From NCBI GenBank assembly GCA_002633005.1, contig NMRA01000183.1:438280-502279 (forward strand): a stretch of DNA of 64,000 bases, given 5' to 3'. The notes beneath the pieces are model-generated. The model was not told where the DNA came from, searched no databases, and saw only the letters and a list, made by a program, of their open reading frames with translations. Positions 12,801 to 27,100 of this stretch are shown one piece after another. A program made the position numbers and the translations under genes. The stretch is from Phoronis australis. Lineage: Eukaryota; Animalia; Phoronida. Numbering within the stretch: position 1 is the stretch's first letter; the number at the start of each line of letters is the position of its first letter.

Positions 12801-15800
12801 TGAGATGAGCTTCCGTCTCGCAAAGTCAAGGCTAGGGGGGGATTGCACAGCGAATAGCCTGTTTCTGACATAGCGCCTTACAGATATGGCAGAGTGTCTG
12901 GGGATGAAACTCTCTTTAAATCTCCGTTGACTTGCAACTGATTGATACAACTTGAAAACATAGAATTATAAAACCTGAAGTTGTTTTAGTTACCTTGACA
13001 CTTCTTTTGATACAGTATTCCGCTGGTGCATTTACAAACTTTGGTAGTAGGGTCACACACCGAGTTGGGAGGGCACTGTAGACCACCGGCTCCACAAGGG
13101 GTTGTAGTTGCGGCTTAAAATGAAATTAAATATATTTGAAGCCCGCTTCCGTTGACCCTTATACAGATATAACAGTAGGTTTATGAGTAATGAACTACAG
13201 TAATAGAGTTGCAGGTTTGGAGAATATGGAAGCTAAAATTCAAGTCAGAGCAATCTTTTGAGATACACACCAAAACACATAAGGTTTTCTTATCCGAGTA
13301 CAAACTGTGTCCACAGCCCGTGTTTCCAAAATATGTATTGTCAATTAAATGCCAATGGCCTCAATTTGAATCACTGTGAAATATGTGCACCCGTTCATTT
13401 GCCGCTCTAAGACACCCACCAATGTTCACCACTGACAGTAAAGCTTGTGAAATGCCTAGCGGTGTTGAGCAATTTGTGTCATCAGTAGTCATTCGCTGAG
13501 GGAACGCGACCCTTCTAGGGCTGAGTAAGTAAACAGAAAGAAGACAGGCGAAATATTGCTGTAAGAAAAAAGACAAAACCGATGGTATCATAATGGATTG
13601 CGTACCGGAAGGTAGAAGGCTTTGCGGAAAAAGGAAACTAACAAACAGTGAACTTTTCATGGTACGTGTCATGTTTGTTGCCTACTGCAAATTATTGTTT
13701 ACCTGCCACTATCAAATCTGTTTTGGCTTGGTAGCAAGATTGCTTTACTTTTGACGAAGTTCATTGAAATTATACATTTTAATGAACATTTAAAAAAATG
13801 CCAACAATTTGAAAGCAATCAAAAACAGCCTTGAAATGTATATCTCGGTCGGGGTAGAAATCTTTTAAGACTTGTATTCATTAGGTTAATGCGATGTCGC
13901 CACGGGTGGTGTGCTGACCAGATTTTAAAATAATTGCATTCAGAAATTGTCGAAACGTTTAATGATTGAGCACCATCACTACTGCTGCTGTTGTCAGGAA
14001 GCAAGTGTTTGCTTAGCTCGTCCTTGCTAAAAGTAGAAAAGATTTCAGGACTTGACCAGAATTCCCAATTTTTTAACGCTTGACACCAGTTATAAACTAC
14101 AAACAACTACATTAATGAAGGTTCTGACGTTTGTGTCATCTTGTTTACGTCAATTGGTTTCCTAGTGTAACAGTAAATGCTGTTACGCCCAGCTTTATTC
14201 GACATAAATCATCCTCACAAACAATGGCCTGGCCCAAGTCAATAACTCACACGCATGCCTGTACACTTACATTCACAGACCTTTGTATTGGTGTTGCATA
14301 CTTCATTGGTGGCACATTTTGTACCCCCGTCCTTGCAATCCACAGTCGTTTTTGCTAAAAAAACAATGAGATAAGATTATCAGCATTAAAAAAACTATGC
14401 AACAGTAAGCCTACTTTAGACTACCTAACACTTGAATAATATATACATGTACAAATGTAGGCCTAATTAAGACTCCCAAACGCTTGACTATTATACATGT
14501 ACAAAACAGTAGGCCTACTTTAGACTACCAAGCGCCTGACTAATATATACAACAATAGGCCTACTTTAGACTACCAAATGTCTGACTAATATATACAATA
14601 ATAACCCCTACTTTAGACTACCAAATGTTCGACTAATATATACAACAGTAGGCCTACTTTAGAGTACTAAATGCCTGACTACTATATACGCTAAAGCAAC
14701 TCATTCAGCCTGCAGTCTTGGTGCAAAAAAGCATCGCGTGTTTCTTGTTGGTGCAGGTTGAAATGCATGTATATAGGGATGGAAAGAAGCTGATTAGAAC
14801 CTTCGAGTTTTAAGAATTACATCATAATGCGTAGGGTCACAGAAAGATAAAATATGTGTCTCATATCTGAGAACTCAATGCAAAATACCTCAGTTAAACC
14901 ATGTGACTTGGACGGTTTGTACATAAATCACAAAGCAGATGTTGCTAACAATCTTGTGACTGGTCAACGCCTGTAACTTAAACTGGACCAGTGTGTTCCT
15001 CAAAGAACTTCGAAAACACATGCAGCTTAACTGATCCCAGAATGAATTAGAGTCCTCCTTGCAGCCATCGGCACAAATCAAGTTCATTAGGAAGTAAAAC
15101 AAGAAAAGTCCCACACCAGGATTTGTAGATGTGGTAGAGGATGATATTTGATGTTATGGGTTGTATATGTGGTAGAGGATGATATGTGATGCAATGGGTT
15201 TTAGAAGTGGTAGAGGATGATATGTGAGGTAATGGCCGATTGTATATGTGGTAGAAGATGATATGTGATGTAATGGGTTGTAGATGTGGTAGAGGATGAT
15301 ATATGATGTAATGGGTTGTAGATGTGGGAGAGGATGATATATGATGTAATGGGTTGTAGATGTGGTAGAGGATGATATATGATGTAATGGGTTGTAGATG
15401 TGGTAGAGGATGATATATGATGTAATGGGTTGTAGTCTTGTTAGAGGATGAAATGTGATGTAATGGGCTGTACGTTATAATCTATAACACTTTTCAGTAC
15501 GCCATGCTTTCACTGCGTTGTTTTCATGTGTACATTCATTAATTCACTGTAAGTCAGGATTTATATCAGCTGGTCTCAAGGTGTACACGTAGAGCAGCCT
15601 ACAAAACACCATTTGTGCAAGGTTTCCATGTGTTGTTTTCCTCGAAGCATCATTACACTGTGGCCAAACTAAACATGTGCAAATTTAAGCAATACTAATT
15701 CAAAATAACAGTTAAATTCAATCGATATTGTCGTTGGTAACAACCACTGGTTACGCGCACTACCTTAAGTCCTTTTCTTTTCTCGCTTATCAGATCATTG

Positions 15801-18101
15801 CTACATGTATATTTAGTTGTTTGCACCAAAATGAGGAGATAATATGTATTTGTTAGGGATACCTTTTTATTTTTTGCTAGCCACTGTTGATGCGCTTCTG
15901 GGTCAATTTTGAATTCTGTGTAATATTGCTAAGCAACTCAACATGTTCAGAAGAACCAAACTCACAACGGCACAACATTGCGCTTGTAAAAACAACCTGA
16001 TACTAAACAAATGACCATACGATGTCAGGATGGGTCACTGGACAACATCACGTAAACTGACATTAGTTTATAGCTGTGTCAAATGTAAGCTGACATTCTA
16101 GCATAACTGGCATCTTGACACAAGTTACATATGAATATTTCAAACAACAAAAATGAGCCCAGAGTAGCGTTAGACTTTCTCTTTAAATTGACATTATGGG
16201 GAAAGATTTTTTTCTGAGATCAGCGCCAGCGCCGAATCGGGTACATTTCCCATGGCAGCCGAACGTTCTGCTGCCTTAGGTATGTGCCACTCATTATAGT
16301 GGGTTGCGTACGTATTTAGTCACTTGCCTGGATTTTAGACAATGTTTGACATACAAAGCAATTTCTCGCAAAATCAAAAATAAGTATTGTTTTTACAATT
16401 CTGATCAAAGCTAATAGCTGCAAAAAGTCTACTTCAATCAACATAAATAAAAATGCATTTTCTTGAGTAAAAACGATGATGTTCGTTTAAGCACCATACA
16501 AACCTTTGCATTCTTTGTTCACCAACATGAAGCCTGTGTAGCAACTGCATACTTTCTGACCAATCAAACAGTACGAGTTCACGCCACACTTAGAGCCGCC
16601 AGCCTCGCATGGAACATTATATATGGCTGAAATAAACAACATAACACTATGTCACCAATAACATCAGTCTGTGCCATAAGTGCAGCGTATTGTAGCGTTG
16701 TGACAATCTGAAAGACACTTCACCACCACATGCAATGTAAGGAACTCCGTGAAAAAGTGTCAACACTGTTTTGCTGTCTGATTGTCATGACATCCCATAT
16801 AAAAATACTGATTAACCTAATACACGTGTCCGTTATAAGAGTCCATTCTTCAAAATATTGCATATTTTTACTGATTTTCATGGAAAGTGAAACCTGTAGA
16901 GCCAGGTGCAATGGGTCCAACACCACCGGTTGATACACTGGAATATTTCTCAATCCAAACTATTAGAAAGTGCGAGCACTGCCAAAAAGCAATGTAACTG
17001 CTAGTTATAAAACTTCTGTAGATAAAATTGCTGGTACTTAACCTAACTTTGTGACATCTAGAAGCATAGTACTACCTTCGCATTGTCCTTGATATGTTAA
17101 AAATCCCAGGATACACTTGCAATTCTTTCCTTCACAGTACGAATTGAGTGGACATTTTACCCCACCTGCCTCGCAAGGAACGGTTGTAATACCTTCAAAA
17201 AGAAAACAGATCAATATTTGACGTCTTCAGCTTGAAGAAAACAACTGGCTCATGTTGAGTAGTCACTGTAGATGATTCCCAGCAGTAACACATGCAACGG
17301 TAACACATGTAAATTTTGTTCCTACAGTATGTTAAGAACATCGCCCTGAGCCCACTAGTGCCATAAATTGCCAAATGTAACGAACTGTTAGACGTATTGG
17401 CTTGCTTTTGTCTACGTCACCGCGAAAATCACCCTTTAATTCAAACAGCTGCGAATAACACCGCACGTAATGTGTTCTATTCAAACCTCTATTCAATACA
17501 ACATTTTGTTGTTTGTACTGGGATCTCGTGGTGACGCGACATGGCACGAAAAGGCAGCTTCACTTATCATTTGACGGGCTTACACTTGTGTGATTGAACT
17601 TGCGTTTTCATATTTTACTAAGGCTTTGCTTGGACTATCTGGTTAGCCTGATACATCTGTAACAAAATCCCGTTGAAGTTGGGCTTTAAATCATCTGCTA
17701 TCACCTGTCAAAGTTAACTTACAAAAATTACAAACGTGTTTCTTACTTTGGCATGAGCCCTGGTACAATGCAAATCCTACGATACATTCGCATTTCTTTT
17801 GTATGACGTCACAAAAGGAATTGGCGTCGCATTTGTAGCCGCCTGCATCACACGGTACATCAGTGGGTGCTGGAAAAAACAGGGAAAGACATGAAGACAA
17901 CAACATCACAGCGTATCAACAGCCGAGGCTTGTGTAAGACATTCAAAAACCTTATGTTCAATGAGCTTGAAAGTATCAAGAAGATAAATAGTGAACACGA
18001 TCATCGGCTACGCTCACAACTGTTCACTCGGTATTGCTTACAGATTCATGTATATATAGTACATCTATATGTCATACTTTCTAGCCAATCACGTTGCAGA
18101 T

Positions 18102-18144
<43 letters not shown>

Positions 18145-21100
18145 AGTGCTGAAAATTCAATCATTTCCTGTTTACAGACACTCAATCATTTGTCGTCCAA
18201 CATTGGCCTTTTCTTTAGGTGTGTCATCCTAATGATATGACGTTATACATCTATGATTCTCCTGAAACATCATGAAGCAGACGTGCACCAACTCAGATTA
18301 AGACAAAATGGGCTTCAGAGGCAACAACTCAGACTTTTAACAGATGCACTATTTAGACAATACGTGTATTCAAAAGCAAACTAATCAGCCATAAGAACAC
18401 CGTTTTCTGCGCAATAAAGTTAATTTTGCCAATTTGCTTACGTGATGCCCCGTCAGTTTGCGTTTCACTTTCAACATATGTGAATAGACCTCCTCATTTC
18501 CTCCCTTGTTCTAGCAACTACTACGGTAAGTACAAGGATTCACGATGCCAATACCTGGCAACAGTTGTATGTCAGTGAGACTGCAGCTTCGATTGCCATA
18601 ATCTTGGGAGTTTTTGATACTTACGTGCACAGGCTCCTTGGTACAAGACCAGCCCCTGTCTGCAAATGCATTTTCGTGCAACTGTATCGCAATCCGCGTT
18701 AGGCGGACATTTCTGTCCACCTGCTTCGCAAGGGGCTTCCGTTTTAGCTAAAATAAAGAAACGCAAGAACAGTGTGTACATGTCTGCACACTAACCTTGG
18801 CGATTACAAACCAGCAATTGCTCTGTATGGAAAAGCTTGTAACCTCGCGTCCATCGACATATTACTGATCTAGTTGTGGGGTGTTGATACTTAAACGCTA
18901 TTTGGGACTTGCAAAACAGGTAGTCTTCAGTTAGTGAGCGAGTACGGTTTAAGCCAACTGAGCACAGAAACAAAGTAAACTCTAAAAATCACCCAGCGAA
19001 ACAGGAGAAACCAGGCAGGTGAAAAAGAGAATCAAAAATGAACAACTAGTCGTTTACGTTTTACTCCTTCAAATGGAGCTCGGGCAGCAACATGTGTTGC
19101 TATGGATACACTTTCCGCGAAACAACTAACACGGGATCTAGGTGATGTGCCATACTAAGCTTAGAAAGCTTACAAAATGTGCTAGTGTTCGAGGCTAATA
19201 CCAACAAATTGACGAGTTCGTCATTCTGCTGATCATGGCTACAAGCAATGGCAAAATATCCTTTCCGGCAAGCAGAAATCCCTTCAAATGTAATTTGACT
19301 AAAAACAATTTGCGCCAGTCGTGTTTTCTTGATCGCAGAAGTGAGTTCATGCTTATCGTTGGCCAAGTGGGTGAACGTTACTCACGTAAATTAGGTGTGT
19401 AAGATAATTCCTGTTTGCGGCGTAACGTAGGCCTAATTGACCTTACGCCAGCAGAAGATCGCCCCGCCTACGATGTCACGTGATGCGGACGTCCGACATA
19501 GAGAATGGCTTCGTCAAGCAAGACCGGTGTGCTAACTGATATTCACGCGGACTTTGGCGAACATTATATCTTCCCTATGAATCTCGTCATAACAAAGACA
19601 AAAGGCAATAGCCTTCAGAAAAGATTCCTACGGGAACGGGGTGAAGATTTACGTCAAGGGCACCGGACGTGTAAACCGCCCGTGGATGTTTCAGAAGTCA
19701 ACGCAATTAAATCCGACGAGCCTCATAGAGTTGACATAGCGTCGACAAAAGCTGCACGAATGCGGTTAAAAATAATAGTAAAAATCAATTGTGAATAAAA
19801 ATTCTTCCCTCAAAGCAAAACCAACGTTTTACTAAAATATTGAGGGATCGAGCCGGCACCGTGACAGACACACGTAACGAGTCGAAATTCGGAGTAACTG
19901 TAACCATTCAAATTAACATTTCAAAGGTAGTGCCTGTGTCGCTTGTTTTGTGTTTGTAACTGTTTCCTTGAGAATGGTTTAATGAAATAAACCGAAACGT
20001 TGGATTGGATAGATATGTCGTTATTTACTCACGCGCTAATTTCAATGTTCGTGCTTCTGTTCTGGCCTAAATCAAATGTGATAAAAAGTAGTGATTTAGA
20101 TGAAGCAATACGAGCCTAACCCGGTCATTACTTGAGACCGTGATTATGACCTCCAAATACAGACTAAACAAAGCACACTTGCGGACTGCCAAATGTTGTC
20201 AATCTGTTGTTTTATATAACCTGAGTTACATACTACGCACATGTCAAACAATACGGGCACTGCGTATTGCTCAGTACGTGCTTGCCGTTTCTGTAGTGCC
20301 ACGGCGTAGCGCCAAAATGCTACGTATCTTTGGTAATTAATGTGCATTTTCTCCAATGTTCATAATAAAGTTTTCAATCCTTCGCTTTGGCTTTTACTGG
20401 CAATCTTTGTCGAGATAACAACAATATATCACGAGCCTAAGTTGATCGACAGGGCCAAGAGTGAGGAGTTACGAATAGGCCTATAACAACACTCACAGTC
20501 AGTATAGATGTAAGAGCCTCTAATAGGTAAGTAGGTAGGCATGCAATGCATTTTAACTCTTAATTAACTATATTTTAACTCGTTTTTGTCAGTGTTATGG
20601 AAATGGTTGTCATGTATGGTCATAATGAACCACTAAGTGATCGAAGAGGCGGCGGGTCACACACTAAACAAGACTGTAATCCAGAGCCAAAATTCCGATA
20701 TTGGAAAGAAATAAAAAGAGTGCATACCTTAGAACATATACTTGTGTTGAGCTTTCGAGTGGTCAAACAGTGTTGACAGGCTAGGCTGCTCGTGCGGGAG
20801 TACACACAGTTAAGTTAATTAACGGCACCGTTTGCTCATTACAACGTCACTTTTAGGCTTTGGAAAAGGTCAAAAATTGACAGGACTTTCATCTCTGTCG
20901 GTATAACGACTGTCTGAATTACACACCCACAACAACACCTCTTGGTCATTTAAAATGCACACTGTAGTTGAATGTGTTTTGTCCTACAGACGCTAATGTT
21001 TGTCGGATAAATGGCGACTTGAAATGATGTCTGGATGAGTGTCCGGAATGCAGCATTCTTATTGGTCAATCACACCTGTCATTCATTTTCTGGCGTAAGA

Positions 21101-24100
21101 TCAATTATCAGCGACGTAAAGTAATCATTTGGGTGGTAAAGTAAATAATTTCTCGTAATGCACCAACATTTGTACTCTTACCTTTACAGGTTTTTGTTGT
21201 AGTATCACAGACTTGGGGTAGAGTGCACTGGGTACCTCCTGAACTACAGGCTACAGTTGCCTTGGCTACAATAAGAAAAAGTGTTTACAAGTTAAATAAT
21301 AAAGTACAAATGTGTACGGAAAGTAGGAAAGTGTTATAACGTTGAGAAACCTAAGAACACAAGACGTGCTGTTTGTCTTGTATTTTTCAAAATTGTCTAT
21401 TTCGTGCGGGCAGAACAGTGAGTCGCTTTTGACATCAGTTTTGCTGTAGCGAATACAAGGTTTCCTGGAATTGTATTCGCACTTTGTTGAAACCCCAAAT
21501 AGTTCAAATTCAATTCTTGGGATCAGACTCTGCACCTGAGCCTACTATATGTAAATAATTGCTTTCAGACAGGTTACGTGTCTAGGTTACATATTGACGG
21601 GAGAAAAATAGTTGCGTGAGTGGTCGCGCGTTCTGTAGCCACGGGAATGGCAACCAAACGAGTGAGTTTTGGAGAACAACATTTACTCTACAGGAAACGT
21701 GAAGCAGCGAAGAAGCTAAAGTTTCTGCACAGCAATGCAATCATTTTGACTTAAAGAGTTAGTTCTTTTTGATCACCTATTTATTTACGAAACAACAATA
21801 TCCACGACGTATGGTAGGAACCTTTTTCTCAGTCTAATTGTGGTAAATGCCCCTACGTTTTAAAAGACAGTTTGCTCCTATTTTTACTGAGGAGTTTATT
21901 AAAGTGAACCACTTATCAGAAACTTAGCTTCATTTTCACCATCCAAATACTCAGTTCTGTGGGTGATCCACTGGTTACTAGTGAACTGTCTATAGTTATT
22001 CCATGATTGCTCATAGTTAATTTTTAATTAGTAATCCTAATTTCACGGATTAGGAAGTGCGAAATACATGTAAGTTCAAATGTTTCTCTTAAATCTTAAC
22101 TTAGTTTCATGAGACATAGCTAGTCTCAAAATAAGTTGGGGGACATATCACTATCTTCCACGTGTAGTCCTTTTTAGCCTTACCATGTGGGTGTTCTGTA
22201 ACACGTGCGTGATATGCATGGAACAGAAAATATCACTGAGTAAAAAACAAACTTTATCCCATAAAATAACTATGGTTCGCGGATATCACCTGTCCAAAAT
22301 TTTTATCCACAATAATAGCCATTGCGTACTATTTTTTGAGATTTGTTGTAAAATTGATGACTCTTGATATCACAATAAACGCAAAGGGTTGCACTGAATT
22401 GTTAATGGTTGTTTTGGTACGTTAGCAATAGTCCATCTGCGTAGACCAGCATGTACAAGTTTCCGTTTATCTGCTGTATCCAACAACAGGTATGCATATC
22501 GTGAAATGATGTCACGCGCCGGTGATCGTCAATTCCATATTACAGCATTAGACAAATATTTTAGTCTGGTCTGCACGCCACCTGTTGTGACCTATATTTC
22601 CACACCGGTTCAAGATTTACATATTTAATGACGACATTACCTTCAGTAACAATAGTAATAAACAAAAAAGTACAGTAGGGCACGCAGGCTGACTTAGGAG
22701 GCCAGGCAGCTCTCTCAACCACGACAACATGCCGTTCTTGCGTGTTTCACGAACAATCGCATATTGTGGTTTCCCACCTCCTTGTGACAACCTAGAACCA
22801 CCAGTTTTTTTTTCTAAAATGTTGATCGATCGATAGCAATCCCTGATATAGACAACAATCCCTGATATAGATAACAATCTCTGATATAGATAACAATGCC
22901 TACAAAATCCCCGTCATACCTTCACATTTCCCGTTGAAGGGCACGAAATCGGTTTTACATTTGCATTTTTTGTTAGCGGTATCACAATCTTCATTAACTC
23001 CACACACAGAGCCGCCTGACGCACATGGAACCAGCGATGATGCTGCAGTTTAAACATAGAAGTACAAACATCTTTAACATGAAGTTTCTGCAGTAAAACA
23101 CTATTCCAATGTTATAACATCTGGGCACTCCTAGAAAGACAAGACCTTTTGCGCATCCCAGTCTTCACATTAATTACGACAGACTCGTGTATCTTCCACA
23201 AGTAGTGTTATTAGTTGTGCAATTTGAAAGAAATGAAGTTGAAATTTGGTGGCATTCAGAAAATGTTTTGGCTTGCAACAAAAGCTTTAGTTTATCCTCC
23301 AGTTACTAAATCGACCATGGCCCATATACATGTAGCACTAATCTCCATCCGTGATTCCTGACAGACGCACGACCTGTATCTGATGTGGTCCCAGCACACA
23401 TACGCACGACCACACTACACATCCCCATTACACGTCTGACCTGACAAGGAATTGAAGTGAGCATTGCGTGCAAATATGTGTTTTAATACCATACATCAAA
23501 AAATTCATTTGTGCACAGCCATACCGGAGGTCGTAAGGGTGAGGAGTAGGGGAGCAATCAAAACTTCCGAAGAAATTTTCAACTAAATCTAAAACAAGTA
23601 TGCTGTCATATGTTTGCGACTTTAGACGTGGACGACCTGCAACCACTCTTTAAATCCACCCATGACGACATGTTCCCCTCCTTTAATCCACCTATGACGT
23701 CCTGCCACCCTCCTTTAATCCACCTATGACGACCTACTCTACTACGTCGATCCACCTATGACAACCTGCTGCCCTCCTTCGAATCACCTATGACGACCTG
23801 CTCCCCTCATTCAATCCACATATGAAGCTTCTAAAAGTTGACAAACTTACAGACGTTTGCGTGTAAAGTGGCACTATTGATAAGAATCTGAGAAGGTCCT
23901 CAACGTGGAATCGAACTCACAATCTCAGTGGTCACAGTCTGTTCTTACTGAAGCTTAAACACACTGGCTTAGTGGCAGTCTCTTAAGCACGTTGAACTGA
24001 CGACTGATAGTTTTAGCGATATGGCTGATACAAACAACTATAGATTTGTTATCAACTCATGAAACAATTACAGATGTTGTTGATCTATGGCTAGGGTAAA

Positions 24101-27100
24101 AGCTAATAACTTCAAGAAGACTTCCCATCATACAACAATCCTGCAAATCAGTCGTAAAACCTAGTATATCCATTTAAAGTACGGTTGACAAAATCTACGA
24201 TAGAAGGATAGGCAATGCTTACATACCTTGACATGTTCCTTGAAACTTAACATGTCCAGCGATGCAAAGACAAACTTTTTTGTTCGTGTCACACGAAGAC
24301 TTGTCCGGACAATGCGTTCCACCCGAACTACACGGGACTGCAGTCTTCACTGTAATCAAAGACTAGGCGTACACCAGTTGAAACCGAAGTTCAACGTAAA
24401 TGTAGATCTATACGTATTTGGAATTTAGACTGGAATGACAAATAGCTTACAAATGAAGCCATTCTGTGTTTTTATTCTGTACAGGTAACTCGATGACGTA
24501 TGAAATACTCTTTCCGCTTCATTTCATTTTCATTCTTTTCAATTAAAAAACTTCTAAAATGAATAGTAAAGAAAAACCATCCTTCCATCAAAGCAAAACG
24601 TCTTTGGATTTAAACCACTGACTGCTCTCGAATGGGTCACAATTTTTCCTTTATCAAGGTGGAAGTGATTGCAGAGCTGGCTGTTCATTGTTTTTCTGAC
24701 CAATCTCACAAAACGATGAACTGTCGATTCTTCTCGAGCCCAGATATCTCTTCTAAACTTGAGTGACCTAAATGTAAACTTGAGTGACCTAAATGTAAAC
24801 TTGAGTGACCTAAATGTAAACTTGAGTGACCTAAATGTAAACTTGAGTGACCTAAATGTAAACTTGAGTGAACTAAACGTAAACATGACACAAATAGGGC
24901 CGCTTTTAAAGCTAAAACGTATTTACAAGTAATACGATATCCTTTTTTAAAATTATAAGAATTGAACAGTCTTGGTTTTATTTCTAAATTGATGGTAAGG
25001 AGCACTAACAATTAAGATGGCTGCCACATGTGAATGCTGATAATGCTTAGTTTTTGAATCGCCAACATCGCCCAACTGAAGTTACGACAATCTATTTTTC
25101 CGAACGTGTACCAATTCACTCCGGCGTGACTGTGTTCGCACGTGGTCTATAATAAGCTTGGTAGATAATTGGCCTGCCTGTTGTCATACCAGTCAAAAGA
25201 CTGTGCTTAGCAGTTAACAAAGAAGCTAGATGTTATTTCACGCTCACAACCCTCTACGTCTGGTAAAGTCACTGAACGGGAGAACGCCGTCATGGTATTC
25301 CCTAAAGAATCAAAGATGTCAGCCGCAAACGTATAGTACGTGAATGTTTGCGGTAATAAGAAATTGAAGAACTGTTATTATGATGCAGTTTCTTGGGGCA
25401 AACTCTGCATAAGCACTGACTGCAGATTATAGTAGGCGGCCTACTGGGGAAGGGTAGCACCCCCCACCCCCACCCCCCTATGGTGCGCTGCCCTGCTAAG
25501 AGCCTCTGTGTAGGTGTTTCTCGACCTACCTGTATAGCCACCCGGAATAATTTTGTTTATGCGGTTGGCCAGCTTCAGACAGATAAAAATTCTTCCCATC
25601 TACGACGTGGTCGACTGACGACCCGGGCAATGAAAATTGGCGCCAGATGGGTGGAGGGGATGAATGGAGAGAAGAATATAAAGATCGCTAACATGTGGCT
25701 AAGTGCCTGGAACATCAGAGCTAGAGAACACGGGGATAGAACGCAGTGGTTCTGGGGAACATAATCAGAGTAATGGGTCCAAGGAATGTCGCAATGCAAC
25801 GGGTCGATTATCAAGTAAACACCCGGACCACTTACATGTAAACATAGAGTCGAGCCCGGCTGGAAACTCATAGTTAGCACTGTCGCTGTTTTCTTTTGAT
25901 GTGCGGCTTTGGAGTGGCGTGCGCGTGAATTCCCAAAATCGCAATTACTGGATCCAGTGCATGTTACAATGGGATCCACATTTGTGAGTGACAAGTGACT
26001 GTTACGTACACTAGTGCTCAGCCCCAGGAGAAGGGCTTGAAAATTCGTTTGCTGTCTAGACATGAAGAAACGAGACGCATACTTAAACAGGCCGGTATTT
26101 GACTTTATTTCCAAGTCACGGTCTGCCAGGACATTGCGCGCAAACAGCGGGACATACCATTGCCGCAGTGCGATGATGTTGTCAGGAATATTGTAATAGG
26201 TTAATCAGGACATCTTGCATGAAAAAGAAATATTTGTCATCACAAAGTCGATAATTTGGTCGTTAATGAGTGAAACATCGCTGTGACGATTTATCACATA
26301 TTTATAATGTGGTCCGATTTTTTTGCCGGCGCATCCAAAAATTTTCAAAAGTAGCCGAAAGCACTAGCCAATGAAACGCGCCAAAGATCGACATGTTTAC
26401 AACCAAAGAGATGGCTGCTCTCATCTTGATTTGGCAACAACTAAATAAAGGCCAGGTTTCCCCTTGCACTAAAAGTTTTGATTGACGACTGGCTCATGTC
26501 CGCTTACCCCCTATTCTTATCTTCTTTGCCTGGCGTGTTTCTCCTAACGTCAAGTGAGCGGCGTCGGGCGTTCGAGATAAGACAGCCCCACTAAACCTTA
26601 CGTTGACATTTCATTGTGTCACTGTCTCGAATATAAACATTCCTAACCACAAAAAAACACACCCAAATTAGTTTTCAAACATTTATTTCGTCAAAGAACT
26701 AATTAATCGCTCTCTGACTCAGAATTTGACAGGTAATACGCGCACAGTTCTACTTATGTCATGGGACTATAATCATGAATATAATCTATATGATGTAACT
26801 CTGCAACACGTGATGCTTGCACGCGCGGACATCTGCACTGTTGCCACGTGAAAATACATGTAGTTACAATCGAAGTGGAATGGTCACTTGTCGTCTTGGC
26901 ACTACAGTTGCCGAAATCAGCTCAAACAAGACCGGGAGACGACACGGTCCTATTACTTTGCAATTTTGTAAATTTTTGGTGTAGGACTCATTTGAGAGTA
27001 ACAAAGTCATTGTTAAGGAAAATCTGCTGTTATGACATTTTCCCGCCATTTGGCGACACACTGGAAATTTTATCGCCATTTCTACATTTGCTGTCACCAA

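Noticed and set aside
24554-25011. ORFs with RSLKFTF / HSSLHLG repeats
   Set aside because: Artefacts of the 21-bp tandem repeat.
25620-25800. LSAWNIRA resembling the start of a LINE APE endonuclease
   Set aside because: Single short motif with no downstream APE motifs.
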